Shown: in pieces, positions 1 to 11,880 of the stretch
How the letters are laid out: each line of letters begins with the position of its first letter
How positions within the stretch are numbered: the stretch's first letter is position 1
NCBI GenBank assembly: GCA_964199315.1
Contig: OZ116699.1
Coordinates: 992,001 to 1,056,000, forward strand
Direction of reading: 5' to 3'
DNA: 64,000 nucleotides
DNA from: Orbicella franksi
Lineage: Eukaryota
The notes under the pieces: generated by a model
What the model saw: the letters and a program-made list of their open reading frames with translations, nothing else
The model's database searches: none
Told to the model about the DNA's origin: nothing
Program-made: the position numbers and the translations under genes

Positions 1-3000
1 CTGCGGCCGGCTTTCTGCTGTAGCATTAACACACACGAAAACATCAATTACACTAAGTAAACCCTACCAAGTAAGATGATCCTCGGCGGATATGGAAAAG
101 ACTTTTGTCTTTGTTTAAAAATAAAAGCAAATCCTCGGTGTTTTTAACATATTGTGTTTCTCCAAATATCGTAATTGGTGCTGAGACAGAAATGGTCTAT
201 TCGGTTCCCTGACGGTTATTCGATCATTCCGAGAAAAAAAGGATTCGAATATTTTGAGCTTTAAGAAAAACTGCGATTTATCTGAAGCTTTGTGGTCAAT
301 GTTTTAGCTTTATTTGCGTTCATAATGTATTTAGTTTAAAATCGTAAATGCTTTCTGCAGATACAGATAATCATTTTACAACATCTTTATTGCAGCGGAA
401 AGTATATTTCTTGTCGGCAATGGTGTGTCAACGAAAATCTTTTTTCATAAACGTACTGATGAGAATTTCTTTACTTTCATGCATCATTTGATTTTGACAT
501 AAACACCACTTTTACCTTTAAAAAACCGGCTAAAAAAAAAATTCGCTAAATGATTTCGCGAAATTAAAAAAATAGACCATAAAACACAATTTAAAAGCAA
601 CTGTTCCAAACAATGGACTATTCCGAAATAATAGAACAAGAACTTGAAAATTGGGAACATGAACATTTCGCCGCATGATTAGCCTGTTTGTGTTAAAACT
701 GGTATGAAATAAGTATTTTACTTAAGTCACGAGATCAGTTGGGCAATTTTCCTGAAGGCTATGTCTAAGGACTATAAATTATTGTGACAGCTATATGTTA
801 CTTAGAAAGACTGTAGCATAGCTAGAAACAACAACGATTCAACTCTGACTCTGCTCAAATCCCGTTTTGTTGCAAACAATTCTGTTTCTAACGACCATTT
901 TGGAAGGGAAGATTCCTTACAAGTTGCTATAAATAATTAACAGAAGACAAGGACCCCTCAAAACCCGAAATACGCTTTTGCCAATTCTTAAATCTGCTTA
1001 GGCGGTGTTCGACAAAACTGTTGAAGGGTTCTTTTTCCGACGAGGACATGACGCCTGTATGTGATAAATTAAATAAAATTATTTACAGCACAATTGCCAC
1101 CGCAAAACGGTGAGTGCATGGTTCAATGGTATCATATAAATAGAAAGTAAAATGTTGCTTGCCTTACTCAGCTAATATACCTTGTTACTTTGCCCCCTAA
1201 ATCGTCGATTAAAGCCAGCAGAAACGATTCAAATTGCTCCAACATAAGTGCGTTGCTAATTATTCGCGAATACATAAATGGAAAATATTGCTTTACGTTG
1301 TGGACAACTCGGCAGTCTAGGTGCACTTATCAGCTGGACGCAAGGCGGGAGGTCAATAGGTACAAGTATAAACCTTAAGGGATATACTGAACGTAAATAA
1401 CAATTTTCCTTTAAAATGTATATTCATCTGATAGCAAGACTTACCTTGCCTTCAGACAATTTTGGGGAAGAAACGGGGCTCTGCTATCACCAAACCCAGT
1501 CAATGTTTGCCTGATTATCTTTGATTCAAAATACGCAAAACGGAAGTACTCCTAAAGCATAAATATGAAATGTGTCAGTGACATAATAAATTGATTTTTT
1601 TTCTGGCCGTGTGTTTACACGAGACACTTTCAAACGCAAATAGTAAGAAGAATAATACAGATATTAACAGTCATCTGGGGCGTCTAAAGTGTCTAGAATG
1701 CCAAAATTGGTCTGTAAAGTTTGCGACTCTCATTAAACACTGTGGTAATAAAAACATATTGACACTGCGAATAACTTGTGTCTCAGCTTGTAAGTATATA
1801 TAATATGCATCGTCGTCAGCCTGAAATATCAGTTCAGGGTAACAATAGACAAGGTATATATGGCTAGCAATATCGCTTGCAAACTAACTAGGAATGACAT
1901 TGCTCTCGAATTGAGAAAAAAATATGGACATTGATAAGGTTTTGCGACTGGCCATTAGCCTTGAATTAATTTATTATTCAAAACAATTTTCTGAAAAAAA
2001 AATATCAAATTTCGTGGGGATGTTTTAAAGGGCCGTGTAAACACCCTTAGATACAGCCAGTCTCGAGCATGCGTTAACGATTTGCAACCCCAATCAAAAT
2101 GCGGTAGCCTTGTTAAGAAGCAGGAATAATTCAGAGGAACTTTCTGCCGCGGACTGAAAATGACGGTTGCTTTAAAGTTTTTAATGTGAAGGTGGGAACA
2201 GACCAATTTTTAAACAAACTGATTCTTTTATCACTATATTATCTTCACTGGCGACAAGCCTTTTAGGGCTAAAGACATCGAAAATTATACGTCTAAAATT
2301 TTGTGGGAATAATCAGACCATGGCGCACGTAATATGTCAACAACTTGTACGATACGCGTGGCTACTCTTAGGGTTTTAGTTCAATCTACTTGTGAGACCT
2401 GTGTTATGCGTATTTTCTGTTTAAAAACTAAAAGAAATCATCAAACACGGCTCTTCTGCTTATATATCAATTTGTTCTGAGTCATGTCTTCCTCGTCAGG
2501 CGAATTTTGCTTTCTAATCTTTCTTGGTTTCTCGCCGGGCACGAAACTTGAGAAATTGATATGAAAATTATAAGAAGAGGAACGGAGAGAAAATTATAAG
2601 AAGAAAATTGTAAGAAGCGATTGCCTATAGAAATAATTTATTTTCCAAAGCTTTTCATCTTACCCATCTTCCCCTCCCTCGCACATTCTTCTCTTAACCA
2701 TCCATCTGTCATCGCCTGGATCAAGTGGCTGATAAAAGATGACCCATATAGGCCAATGAGAAGAGTTGACGACCTCGAAAACCTTTTACCAGGAAAAAGA
2801 AAACAGTGGCCACCCAGAGCAACGTGCATCAGCCACTAGGGGCATCAGCCTGTCTGAAAAGGCAACGTTTTGCAAAAGCATTTCTTTTAAAATGGTGGGA
2901 AAAGTCAATCTGCATGGATGATATTGAGCGCTGATTCTTTAATGACAAACAGTTTATCTCAGATCTCCTTTGCCAGTTGTAAATACCCGGAACAAATTGC

Positions 3001-3351
3001 CCAGAAACCAGTGGCGTTACGATCAAGTCGGAATGAATAGGGACTTCGATCTGTATACAGCAGAAACGTTTTATCCGCTGGGAAAAACACCGCTTTAGTC
3101 GTGTTATTGAGATAAAACGTTTTGTAGAAGCCCTGGAGTCTTCCAAATGTTTCAAATTTCATTAGCAAGTTCAGCGTATTATGAAATATTTATACAGTCA
3201 ATTGTAAGATTTGCAAGATTTCTATGTGGAAACGTAATGATACGTGTCATTAGTGCACAGGCAAGGAGCTAAATTTTAGGAGCAGAACGATCACAAGGTT
3301 GCGTTTTTAGTACTCTTCTGGTGTAACAGGGATATTATATATTATTAAAAA

Positions 3352-3387
3352 ATGATGATGATGATGATGATGATTATGATTATGATT
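3352..3387 (+). repeat. (GAT)n/(GATTAT)n microsatellite
   Basis: ATG/GAT triplet run followed by GATTAT units, read directly from the sequence. Confidence 0.9.
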
Positions 3388-3984
3388 GCTTTTTTTATCA
3401 GGTTCGCCTCATAGAACCGGCGCCTGTTATATATGGTAAGTACCTAATTCAAAACTTACAGCTACTACACTATACAAGCTCTCGGGTACTTGAACTCTCG
3501 GGTACTTAAGATGGGAAGGATTTTGCGTGTTTTGGAGCATTTGCTGTACAAGTAAAAAGCGCAAGCCAGCCCACGGGCCGAAAGTCAAGGGTGGCAGTCT
3601 AATGCTTTGCAATTTAGGCGTATAACACCTTTGACAGCTGTAAGACATATTCAACAACAACTTTGCACTACCTTTGACACGAAACAGTGGCAACTTTGCA
3701 CCAACTTTGCACTACCTTTGACACGAAACAAGGCAGCAACTCCTTTAACGAAAGACAAAGTCGGTCTTTAATATCTTAAACTATAATATGCAAGGGCGAC
3801 TCATAGGCCACGGCGATATTTCTCGTCCATAGAAGCTCTAACACATTGACCAATGGGAAAAACGTACTTCTTTTAATATATAAACAATTATTATTGTTGT
3901 GGTTTTGTTTATTCTTTCAGCAGCGGTCGTTACCTCTTTATTGAATTCGCCACGGCGACTCAACACGGTGACGGGATGAAACAG

Positions 3985-4330
3985 GACTAACGTCCCCATA
4001 GATATCCTCCCCATCATTACCCAACCAGCCCATGAAAAGTTGTGCCACACCACCAGGGTCTACGCCCCCTACTCTTTACGAACAGCAGTGTGGGTTCTTC
4101 TATTTAGCGCAAGGTTTAGAACAGTGAAAGAGCTTTGAGATGGGCCCTACGGTTTTTTGTCCTTATCCTAGAAGACTGGGATGTCTAACCATTTGTAGAT
4201 GTCACAACAAAGTTAGCACATTCTTCTCAGTTATTTTAAGACCATAATAGTGTTGGTTCGGCCGGGATGCGAACCCACGACCTCCTGCTCGGCAGACCGC
4301 CGCTTAACCAATTGAGTTAACCGGGCGGCG
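3985..4330 (-). mobile_element. tRNA-derived SINE with Nin/Deu-like central domain
   Basis: The minus strand starts with a tRNA-like head containing Pol III box A (AACTCAATTGGTTAAG) and box B (GGTTCGCATCCC). A core follows: GGATAAGGAC..AAACCGTAGGCCCC..AAGAACCCACAC..TTCG.AAAGAGTAGGGG. I recognise this core from memory as resembling the Deu/Nin domain of cnidarian SINEs. Family name not verified. Confidence 0.75.
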
Positions 4331-4959
4331 TTCAACATAAACACCAGTACTGTTGGTCATGCTTTTAAAGTTCACAGGCATTGATTTTGAAACCACTTTC
4401 TGCTCTTCCACTCAACTATAAAGCATCTTGCCTTTTTAGGGATGGAAAATTATCGTTGCCACGCGTTCAAATGAGGGTGATGCAGAGTCCGTTTTCGAGG
4501 ACGCAGTATTTGAAACAGGAAAAAATACGTGCCATACGAATGCTATTATAAAGGTACTGAAGCTGGTACTTTGTCGTATATATAGTGTGTTATACACAAC
4601 GGGATATGCCCCATCGTAAGCTAAAGACAAGTAGAGCAATTAGCAGTTAATTAATATGGCAGTACCTTCTGTTTAGGATAGTGTGGAGTGGTGCTTTAAG
4701 CACCAAAGGCTGGTATTATATCGTAAGATGCGGCGAGTACCAGCACAGGCACAGCCAGATTAATCGATAATTACAATTGCGACTCAATAATTAGATATAT
4801 TATATACAGTATATATCTAGGCACCCAGTGCACAAATCAATATTTTGCCATAAAGAACGATACTAATAATAGGTATATTTAACAATTAGTTAACTAAAGC
4901 TAAGTATGATGTGAAAAATTGTGCATATCGATGTGATCTTCTGATAATTCTTCACATCA

Positions 4960-6103
4960 TACGAAAGCCGAATTCAATAATTGAATCTCACTCATATCAG
5001 TTTTCCTTTTTCTCGCGCATCCTCGCGCGTTTACCGATGTGCCACACTCGCGTTTTCGGTCTTCGAATCCTAAACTATGCTTACTGGGTTTTGAAAGATG
5101 CCATTTTTGGCCCTCGACCATATAACTACACATGTGTTTCCTAAGTAGAATTCTAACGAATTGATCAGTAAGCGGGTTCGAGATTCTAGCCAATGACATT
5201 TTTCTTTCTTTTGGCGCTTTTTCGAGCGCTTACCGATGTGCCACACTCGTCTTTTCGGTCTTGGACTCCAAAACCATGCTTACTGGATTTTGAAAGATGC
5301 CATTTTTGCCCCTAGCTCATATAACTTTACATGTGTTTCCTAAGTAGAATTCTAACGAATTGGTCAGTAAGCGGTTTAGAGACTCTAACCAAATGACATT
5401 TTTCTTTCTTTTGGCGCTTTTTCGAGCGCTTACCGATGTCCTACACTCGCGTTTTCGGTCTAGGAATCCTAAACTATGCTTACTTGGTTTTGAAAGATGC
5501 CATTTTTGGCCCTCGGTCAAATTACTACACATGAGTTTGCTAACTAGAATTCTAAGGAATTGGTCAGTAAGCGGGTTAGAGATTCTAGCCAATGGAATTT
5601 TTCTTTCTTTTGGCGCTTTTTCGAGCGCTTACCGATGTGCCACACTTGCGTTCTCGGTCTTGGAATCCTAAACTGTGCTTACTGGGTTTTGAAAGATGCC
5701 ATTTTTGGCCCTCGGTCAAATTACTACACGTGTGTTTCCTAACTAGAATTCTACCGAATTGGTCAATAAGTGTGTTAGAGATTCTAGCCAATGACATTTT
5801 TCTTTCTTTTGGCGCTTTTTCGAGTGCTTATCGATGCGCCACACACGCGTTTTCGGTCTTGGAATCCTAAACTATGCTTACTGGGTTTTTAAAGATGCCA
5901 TTTTAGGCCCTCGGTCAAATTATTACACATGTGTTTCGTAAGTAGAATTCTAACGAATTGGTCAGTAAGCGGGTTAGACATTCTAGCCAATGACATTTTT
6001 CTTTCCTTTCGCGCTTTTTCGACCGCTTACCGATGTGCCACACTCGCGTTTTCGGTTTTGCAATCCTAAACTATGCTTACTGGGTTTTAAAAGATGCCTT
6101 TTT
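4960..6103 (+). repeat. ~199-bp tandem satellite, block 1 (about 6 units)
   Basis: The GAATTCTA(A)CGAATTGG anchor recurs at 5148, 5347, 5547, 5746 and 5945 (spacing 199-200 bp). Units are similar along their whole length. Confidence 0.95.
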
Positions 6104-7749
6104 AAACTCGTGGATACGCGAAGCGTAGAAACGTGTTTGTTGCGGGGACTCCGATATGCAAATGTATCACTCACTCACTCACTCACTCAGGTGTAGACAC
6201 TGCTCGTAATTAGTCGGCCCGAACGAGAGCGCCCGAGTCCGACGCCATGTTGGAATAGTAACCGTGCAGTCAGTGCGAGCCAACTACTCAATGCGTGCAT
6301 CGTGCCAGCCCGAATATTGATGATTTTGTAGCTTTTACACGACCATTAATATTAGGTGTTTCGCTAAATTGAAATGGAGTCGACTTCGAATGTTCGAATT
6401 AGTACTATGGCCAACTTGACGGCTGAATTTCAGGAGCGTTTGAGTCGTTCAGGCGTTCAAAATGACCAGGAGATGTGCATTTGTTTGCTGGAAAGTGACC
6501 TGAAAAGCTAATGTGGTAAGCTTTGATGAGAATGTGTCTTATTCCTCGACCTTAATGAGCTTATATGAGCGAAATGAAACAACTTTTAATGAACGAAACA
6601 GCTATTGAATACAAGACAAACATCGGCACCGTTGTATAATATTGTAATTTCATTTTTATAATTTAGTAACATCTAAAGCTGAGGCCAGCCGAAATATCGT
6701 TTTAACTCTACGACGTTGTGTCAACCTTGCAGTAGTGACGTATTATCGTTTTACTTTTCAAGTTTGGCTGATTGAATCTGCTGTGAGATCCAACGTTCAA
6801 TCAAGCAAGGCCTTCGTTCACCGCTTTGCAGTTTAAACTCTTAAGTTTTTCATGTTGAGTTGTCCATGTTCGACTGGCATCGAGTTTTGTTTAGATTAAA
6901 GTTGTGTTCTCTATACTTGTCTTGTTTATTTTAGTACATTGATCTGAACTCTAAGTGGGATGTGAAATGCACAAAAACTTGGAAAGAAACTCCCAAATAC
7001 TTGATTCTGATAAGCTTAAATGATTTTTACCCTGTCTTTTGTTTACACTTTTGCTTCCTGATTGAAAAGATAACAAAGGGAAAGAAACCCCCTGTGAGCT
7101 TGTCCCCAATTATTAGTCAATACTAAATACATTGACACTTCAATGAAGCTGTTATTATTATTGTTGGAACACATATTTATGGTCGACAGATTTGTCGGAT
7201 CAACACTGAAAATGCTTGCAAAAGAGTCTACTTATTTTGATGTATTTTAAGTTCAATATATATATAAAGACAAGCGCTCCCATATTGGAAAAGAAGTGCT
7301 GTCTCATAAGAAACCTTATCTATACAACCTTGAATGAAATGCAATGAAAAACGTTTGTGACCTCGTACGACTTGAGTACATGCAAATTTTTCCAGCCGGC
7401 AGATCAACATCAAGATCTTGGTGTGAGGGAAGGGGGGGAGGGGGGGAGAGTACACTATGATTTGTTGGGCAGGAGTGTCCTCTGTGACCCAAGAACCCTT
7501 AGTCTTTATCACTCCATGTTTTGCTGCAATTTTGTCACCCTAGCTATTCTGGACGTATATCTTTGTGATATGTGTGCCAAAAAAAGCCAACGAAAAGAGC
7601 CTACACTTTGTGAGTTAAGTGCGACCTTGCATGGTACAAACCCGGCTTGTTTTAACAGCATTTAATAATACACTAGTAATTGCAAGTTCACCAATATGTT
7701 TCATTTCTAGATTACCTAATCCACGAGTTTGGCCATAGGTCTCCTTTGA
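6104..7749. mobile_element. 1.65-kb insertion splitting the satellite; putative non-autonomous Helentron (HINE/DINE-like) element
   Basis: Perfect 12-bp inverted repeats: AAACTCGTGGAT at 6104-6115 and ATCCACGAGTTT at 7719-7730. Adjacent hairpin TACGC-GAA-GCGTA, a (CACT)5 microsatellite at ~6168-6188, and T-runs on both sides at the satellite's TTTTT site. The insertion itself is seen directly; the class assignment is inference. Confidence 0.55.
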
Positions 7750-10700
7750 TTTTCCCCTCGGTCAAATTACTACACATGTGTTTCTTAACTAGAATTCTAA
7801 CGAATTGGTCAGTAAGTGTGTTAGAGATTCTAGCCAATGACATTTATCTTTCCTTTGGCGCTTTTACGAGCGCTTACCGATGTGCCACACTCGCATTTTC
7901 GGTCTTGGAATCCTAAACTATGCTTACTGGGTTTTGAAAGATGCCATTTTTGGCCCTCGGTCAAATTACTACACATGTGTTTCCTAACTAGAATTCTAAC
8001 GAATTGGTCAGTAAACGAGTTAGAGATTCCAGCCAATGACATTTTTCTTTCTTTTGGCGCTTTTTCGAGCTTTTACCGATGTGCCACACTCGCGTTTTCG
8101 GTCTTTGAATCCTAAACTATGCTTACTGGGTTTTTAAAGATGCCATTTTTAGCCCTCGGTCAAATTACTACACATGTGTTTTTTTAAGTAGAATTCTAAC
8201 GAATTGGTCAGTAGGCGCGTTAGAGATTCTAGCCAATGACATTTTTCTTTCCTCTCGCGCTTTTTTGCCCGCTTGCCGATGTGCGACACTCGCGTTTTCG
8301 GTCTTGGAATCCTAAACTATGCTTACTGGGTTTTTAAAGATGCCATGTTTGGCCCTCGGTCAAATTACTACACATGTGTTTCGTAAGTAGAATTCTAACG
8401 AATTGGTCAGTAAGCGGGTTAGAGATTCTAGCAAATGACCTTTTTCTTTCTTTTGGCGCTTTTTCGAGCGCTTACCGATGTGCCACACTTGCGTTTTCGA
8501 TCTTTGAATCCTAAACTATGCTTACTGGGTTTGGAAAGATGCCATTTTTGGCCCTAGCTCATATAACTACACATGTGTTTTCTAAGTAGAGTTCTAACGA
8601 ATCGGTCAGTAAGCGGGTTAGAGATTCTAGCCAATGATATTTTTCTTTCTTTTGGCGCTTTTTCGAGCGCTTACCGATATGCCACACTCGCGTTTTCGGT
8701 CTTGGAATTCTAAACTATACTTACTGGTAGGAATTAGGTAGAATTCTAGCAAATTGGTCAGTAAGCGGGTTAGAGAGTCTAGTCAGTTACATTTTTCTTT
8801 CTCTTGGTGCGTCTTCGCGTCTTTAAGGATGTGCCACACTTGCGTTTTGGATCTTGCCATCCTAAGCTGTGGTTAATGGGTAAAAAAAGATGTCAGTTTT
8901 GGCCCGCTATCAAATCTCCACATCCTTCTTTCACGCGTGGTATTTTATCGACTTGGAAAGTCTTTGTGTTGGAGAGTCTCGCCAATGTCATTTTTATTTC
9001 TTTTTACGCACTTTTACGTGTTTAGCGATGTACCTTAATGGCGACATTGGAGGTTTAAGTATCCCAATCTACGCTTAATGAGCCTTTGAAAGATACTAGT
9101 TTTGATTCCAAAACTGTGTTTTACCCGTAGAATTCTAATAAATTCGACATTGCGTTATGTGGAGATTCTTGCCCTCGTCATTCTTTTCTTCTTGCCCGTC
9201 TTTGCGCGCTTAGTAATGTGTCGCAGTCGCGGTTTCGGTCTCGGAATCCTAAACTATTCTTAATAGGACTTTTAAACATGGTAGTTATGGGCCTCATTCA
9301 AATTTTTAAACGTCCGTTTTGTGGTTGGAATCCTTTCGAATTAGACAGTGCGTTGATTGGAGATTTTCCTACGAATCGTTATTCTTTCTTTTCGTGCGTC
9401 TTCGCGGGTTTAGCGATAAGCCACACTCGAGTTTACGCCTTTGGAATCCTAAACAATGCTTATTGGGTTTTTCAAAGGTGCCACTTTTGGCCCTTATTCA
9501 AATCTTTACACTTCCTTTCCTCGGGTAGCATTCTATCAAATAAAACAGTACGTTGATTAAAGATTCTACTACAAGTAATTTTTCTTTATTTTCGTGCGTC
9601 TTCGTGGGTTTTACGATGTGCCACACTCGCCATTTCGGTCTAGTAATCCTAAACTATGTCTAATGGATATTTGAAAGATGCCAGTGATGGTCCTTGGTCA
9701 AATCACCACTCGTGTGTTACACTAGTAGAATTCTAACGAATTGCACAGTCCGTGTGTTGGAGATTCTAGCCATTGCATTTTTTTTTCTTTTGGCGCTTTT
9801 TCGTTCAGTAATGTGCTACACTTCCGTTTTCGGTCTTTGAAATGGCTTTGACATATGCCAGTTTTGGCCCTCCGTCAAATCTCTATACCTGTGTTTCACG
9901 CGTGGCATTCTCTCCTTCGCGGCCTCGCATGCTTCGCGGCTTCGGAATCCTGAAGACGTGTACAAAAGGATTTCCCATTTTCTTATTTACAGCCGGAATT
10001 TCTTTTTCTCGCCCCTTTTTTTTAAATTTTCTCTTCCCAGGATCCTGCTACTGGGCTTAAAGCTTTATTGAAATATGCCAATTCTGGCCCTCCTTCGAAT
10101 CTCGACCCGTTAATTACAAGCGTGGAGATTTTATTGTCTACAGTGCGTTTTTTAAATGTTCTCAGTTATGTCATATTTCCCTCTTTTCGCGCATCTTTGC
10201 ACCTGTAGGCATTTTATACAGTCGCGTTTTCGGTCCCGCAGTCCTAAACTATGTTTAATGGATTTTTGAAAGATGACAGTTTTGGCCCACCGTTAAATCT
10301 CCACACGCGTGTTTCACAGGTGGAATTTTAACGCATTGGACAGGGCTTAGGTTGGAAATTCGCGCTCATGTTATTTTTCTTTTTTCTCGCACGTGCGCGT
10401 TTAACGATCTGCCACACTTGCGCTTTTGGTCTCGGGTTCCTTGAGACGTGCACGAAAAGATGTCTCATTTTTGCCCTTGTCATTTTTTCTTCTTCTTGTG
10501 TATCTTTGGACTTTTAGCAATAAGCCACAGTCGCGTTTTGGGTTACGGAATTCTAAAGTATGTTTATTAGTTTTTGAGAGATGCCAATTTGGCCCTCCGT
10601 GAAATCTCCACACGTTTGTTCAATGCGTAGAATTCTATCAAGTTGGACAGTGCGTGGGTTAAAGATTCTTGCCCATGTCATTTTTTTTCTCGCGCATTCC

Positions 10701-11170
10701 TCGCGCGTTTAGCAATGTGCCACACTAGCGTTTTCGATCTTGGGGTCCTTGTGATGGTTGCGACAGATTTCCTTTTTTCTGAGATTTTGCAGTCCTAACG
10801 GCGTTTAAGGCGTCGTTTAATCTGATTTACGGGAGGAAGTTCTTTCACTCGCTTCTTTTTAAATTTTTGGCTGTTTTTCTCTTTCAAAGAATCCTCTAAT
10901 GCGCTTAAAGCTTTTTGAAAAATGCCAGTTTTGGTCCTTCTTTAGATCTCTACGCGTGAAAAACTTGAAAATTTCTCGAAAAGGACAGTGCGAGGGTTGG
11001 AGATTCTCGCCCATCTCATTTTTTTTTGCTCGCGCAACCTTGCGCGTTTAACGATGAGCCACACTTGCGTTTTTGGTCTCGGGGTCCTTGAGACGTGCAC
11101 GAAAAGATTTCTCATTTTCCAAGATTTTGCGTTCCTTGCCGCGTTTAAGGCGTAGTTTAACCTCATTTAC
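7750..11170 (+). repeat. ~199-bp tandem satellite, block 2 (about 16 units, degenerating rightwards)
   Basis: Anchor at 7792, 7991, 8191, 8390, 8589, 8741 (shortened unit), 9130 and 9728, with more diverged copies to ~11170. Confidence 0.9.
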
Positions 11171-11695
11171 AGGAGGAGGTTCACCTCCCTTTATGCTCCG
11201 TTTGTTGCGTCATTTGCCAACCAAGCCATTTTCTCTTTTGTTTTGTTTTTTTTAATTTATTTTTGGGTTGTTCCCAAGCTTCAAACCCTCCATATATATA
11301 TATATCTTCAAGTGACTCTGACATCCTAATCAAGCCCCATAAAAACGTCTCTGAACAACTTGATAGTGACTCCGGAAATAGCCATCTCGGTGAAGATATA
11401 TTTTTTATCGTTTTTATTTTTTAACGGACTAAATCGATCGACTAACTTTTACGCGAGAAGGTGGAGACGAGAAAGGAAACGTTTAATGAGGAACACCTGA
11501 ATGAAGGTAAAAACAAAAAAAGCAGTCATGAAAATGTACTCACAAACCTTTTTCCTCTGGTATGGGAATTGTTACTCGTAGGATAAAAGAAATGTAATTA
11601 CATTTTGTAATCGTGAAAATCTGGGTTTCATGAACTAAGTTCTCAACGAGCTAATGCCATTTCAACCAAACGGTTTTAAATCTTAATAATTAAAG

Positions 11696-11880
11696 GACGT
11701 TTCGACATCCTCGGGTGTCATTGTGAAGCAAATATGTAGGTTAGTTCTTGCATTGTAAATAGTTTTCTTGTCACTTAACGTATTTTGCCACTTTATGGGC
11801 ATAACTGTAGATCTATTTATAGTGCAAGAACTAACCTACACATTTACTTGACAATGACATCCCAAGATATCGAAATGTCG
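11696..11880. mobile_element. Imperfect inverted repeat made of two decayed Penelope-like tails
   Basis: Arms of ~65 bp with a perfect 18-bp core: TGTAGGTTAGTTCTTGCA at 11735-11752 and its complement at 11823-11840. Each arm ends in TGAC..(G/A)TC-GAAA(C/T)GTC, resembling the hammerhead-derived tail of Penelope-like elements but with a broken CTGANGA core. Confidence 0.55.

Noticed and set aside
940-1510. Possible short exons (plus-strand donors at ~1058 and ~1110; minus-strand donor at ~1444)
   Set aside because: Splice-like signals exist, but I could not build a consistent model or recognise any protein.
2621-3168. Cluster of overlapping ORFs on both strands
   Set aside because: No recognisable motif or consistent frame, and no supporting splice structure.
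6670-6700. Hammerhead-like GCTG-AGGC-CAGC-CGAAA
   Set aside because: The CTGANGA core and the cleavage triplet are missing. At most a decayed tail.
4960-11170. Satellite as a CRISPR array, retrozyme array or CENP-B-box satellite
   Set aside because: Units are similar along their full length with no unique spacers, and there are no cas genes. No hammerhead core on either strand of the monomer. The best CENP-B-like match has only about 6 of 9 key bases.
4911-11255. Many 60-110 aa ORFs with near-identical text (e.g. LLGFERCHFWPSVKLLH)
   Set aside because: They are translations of the satellite. The 199-bp unit is not a multiple of three, and stops recur in every frame.
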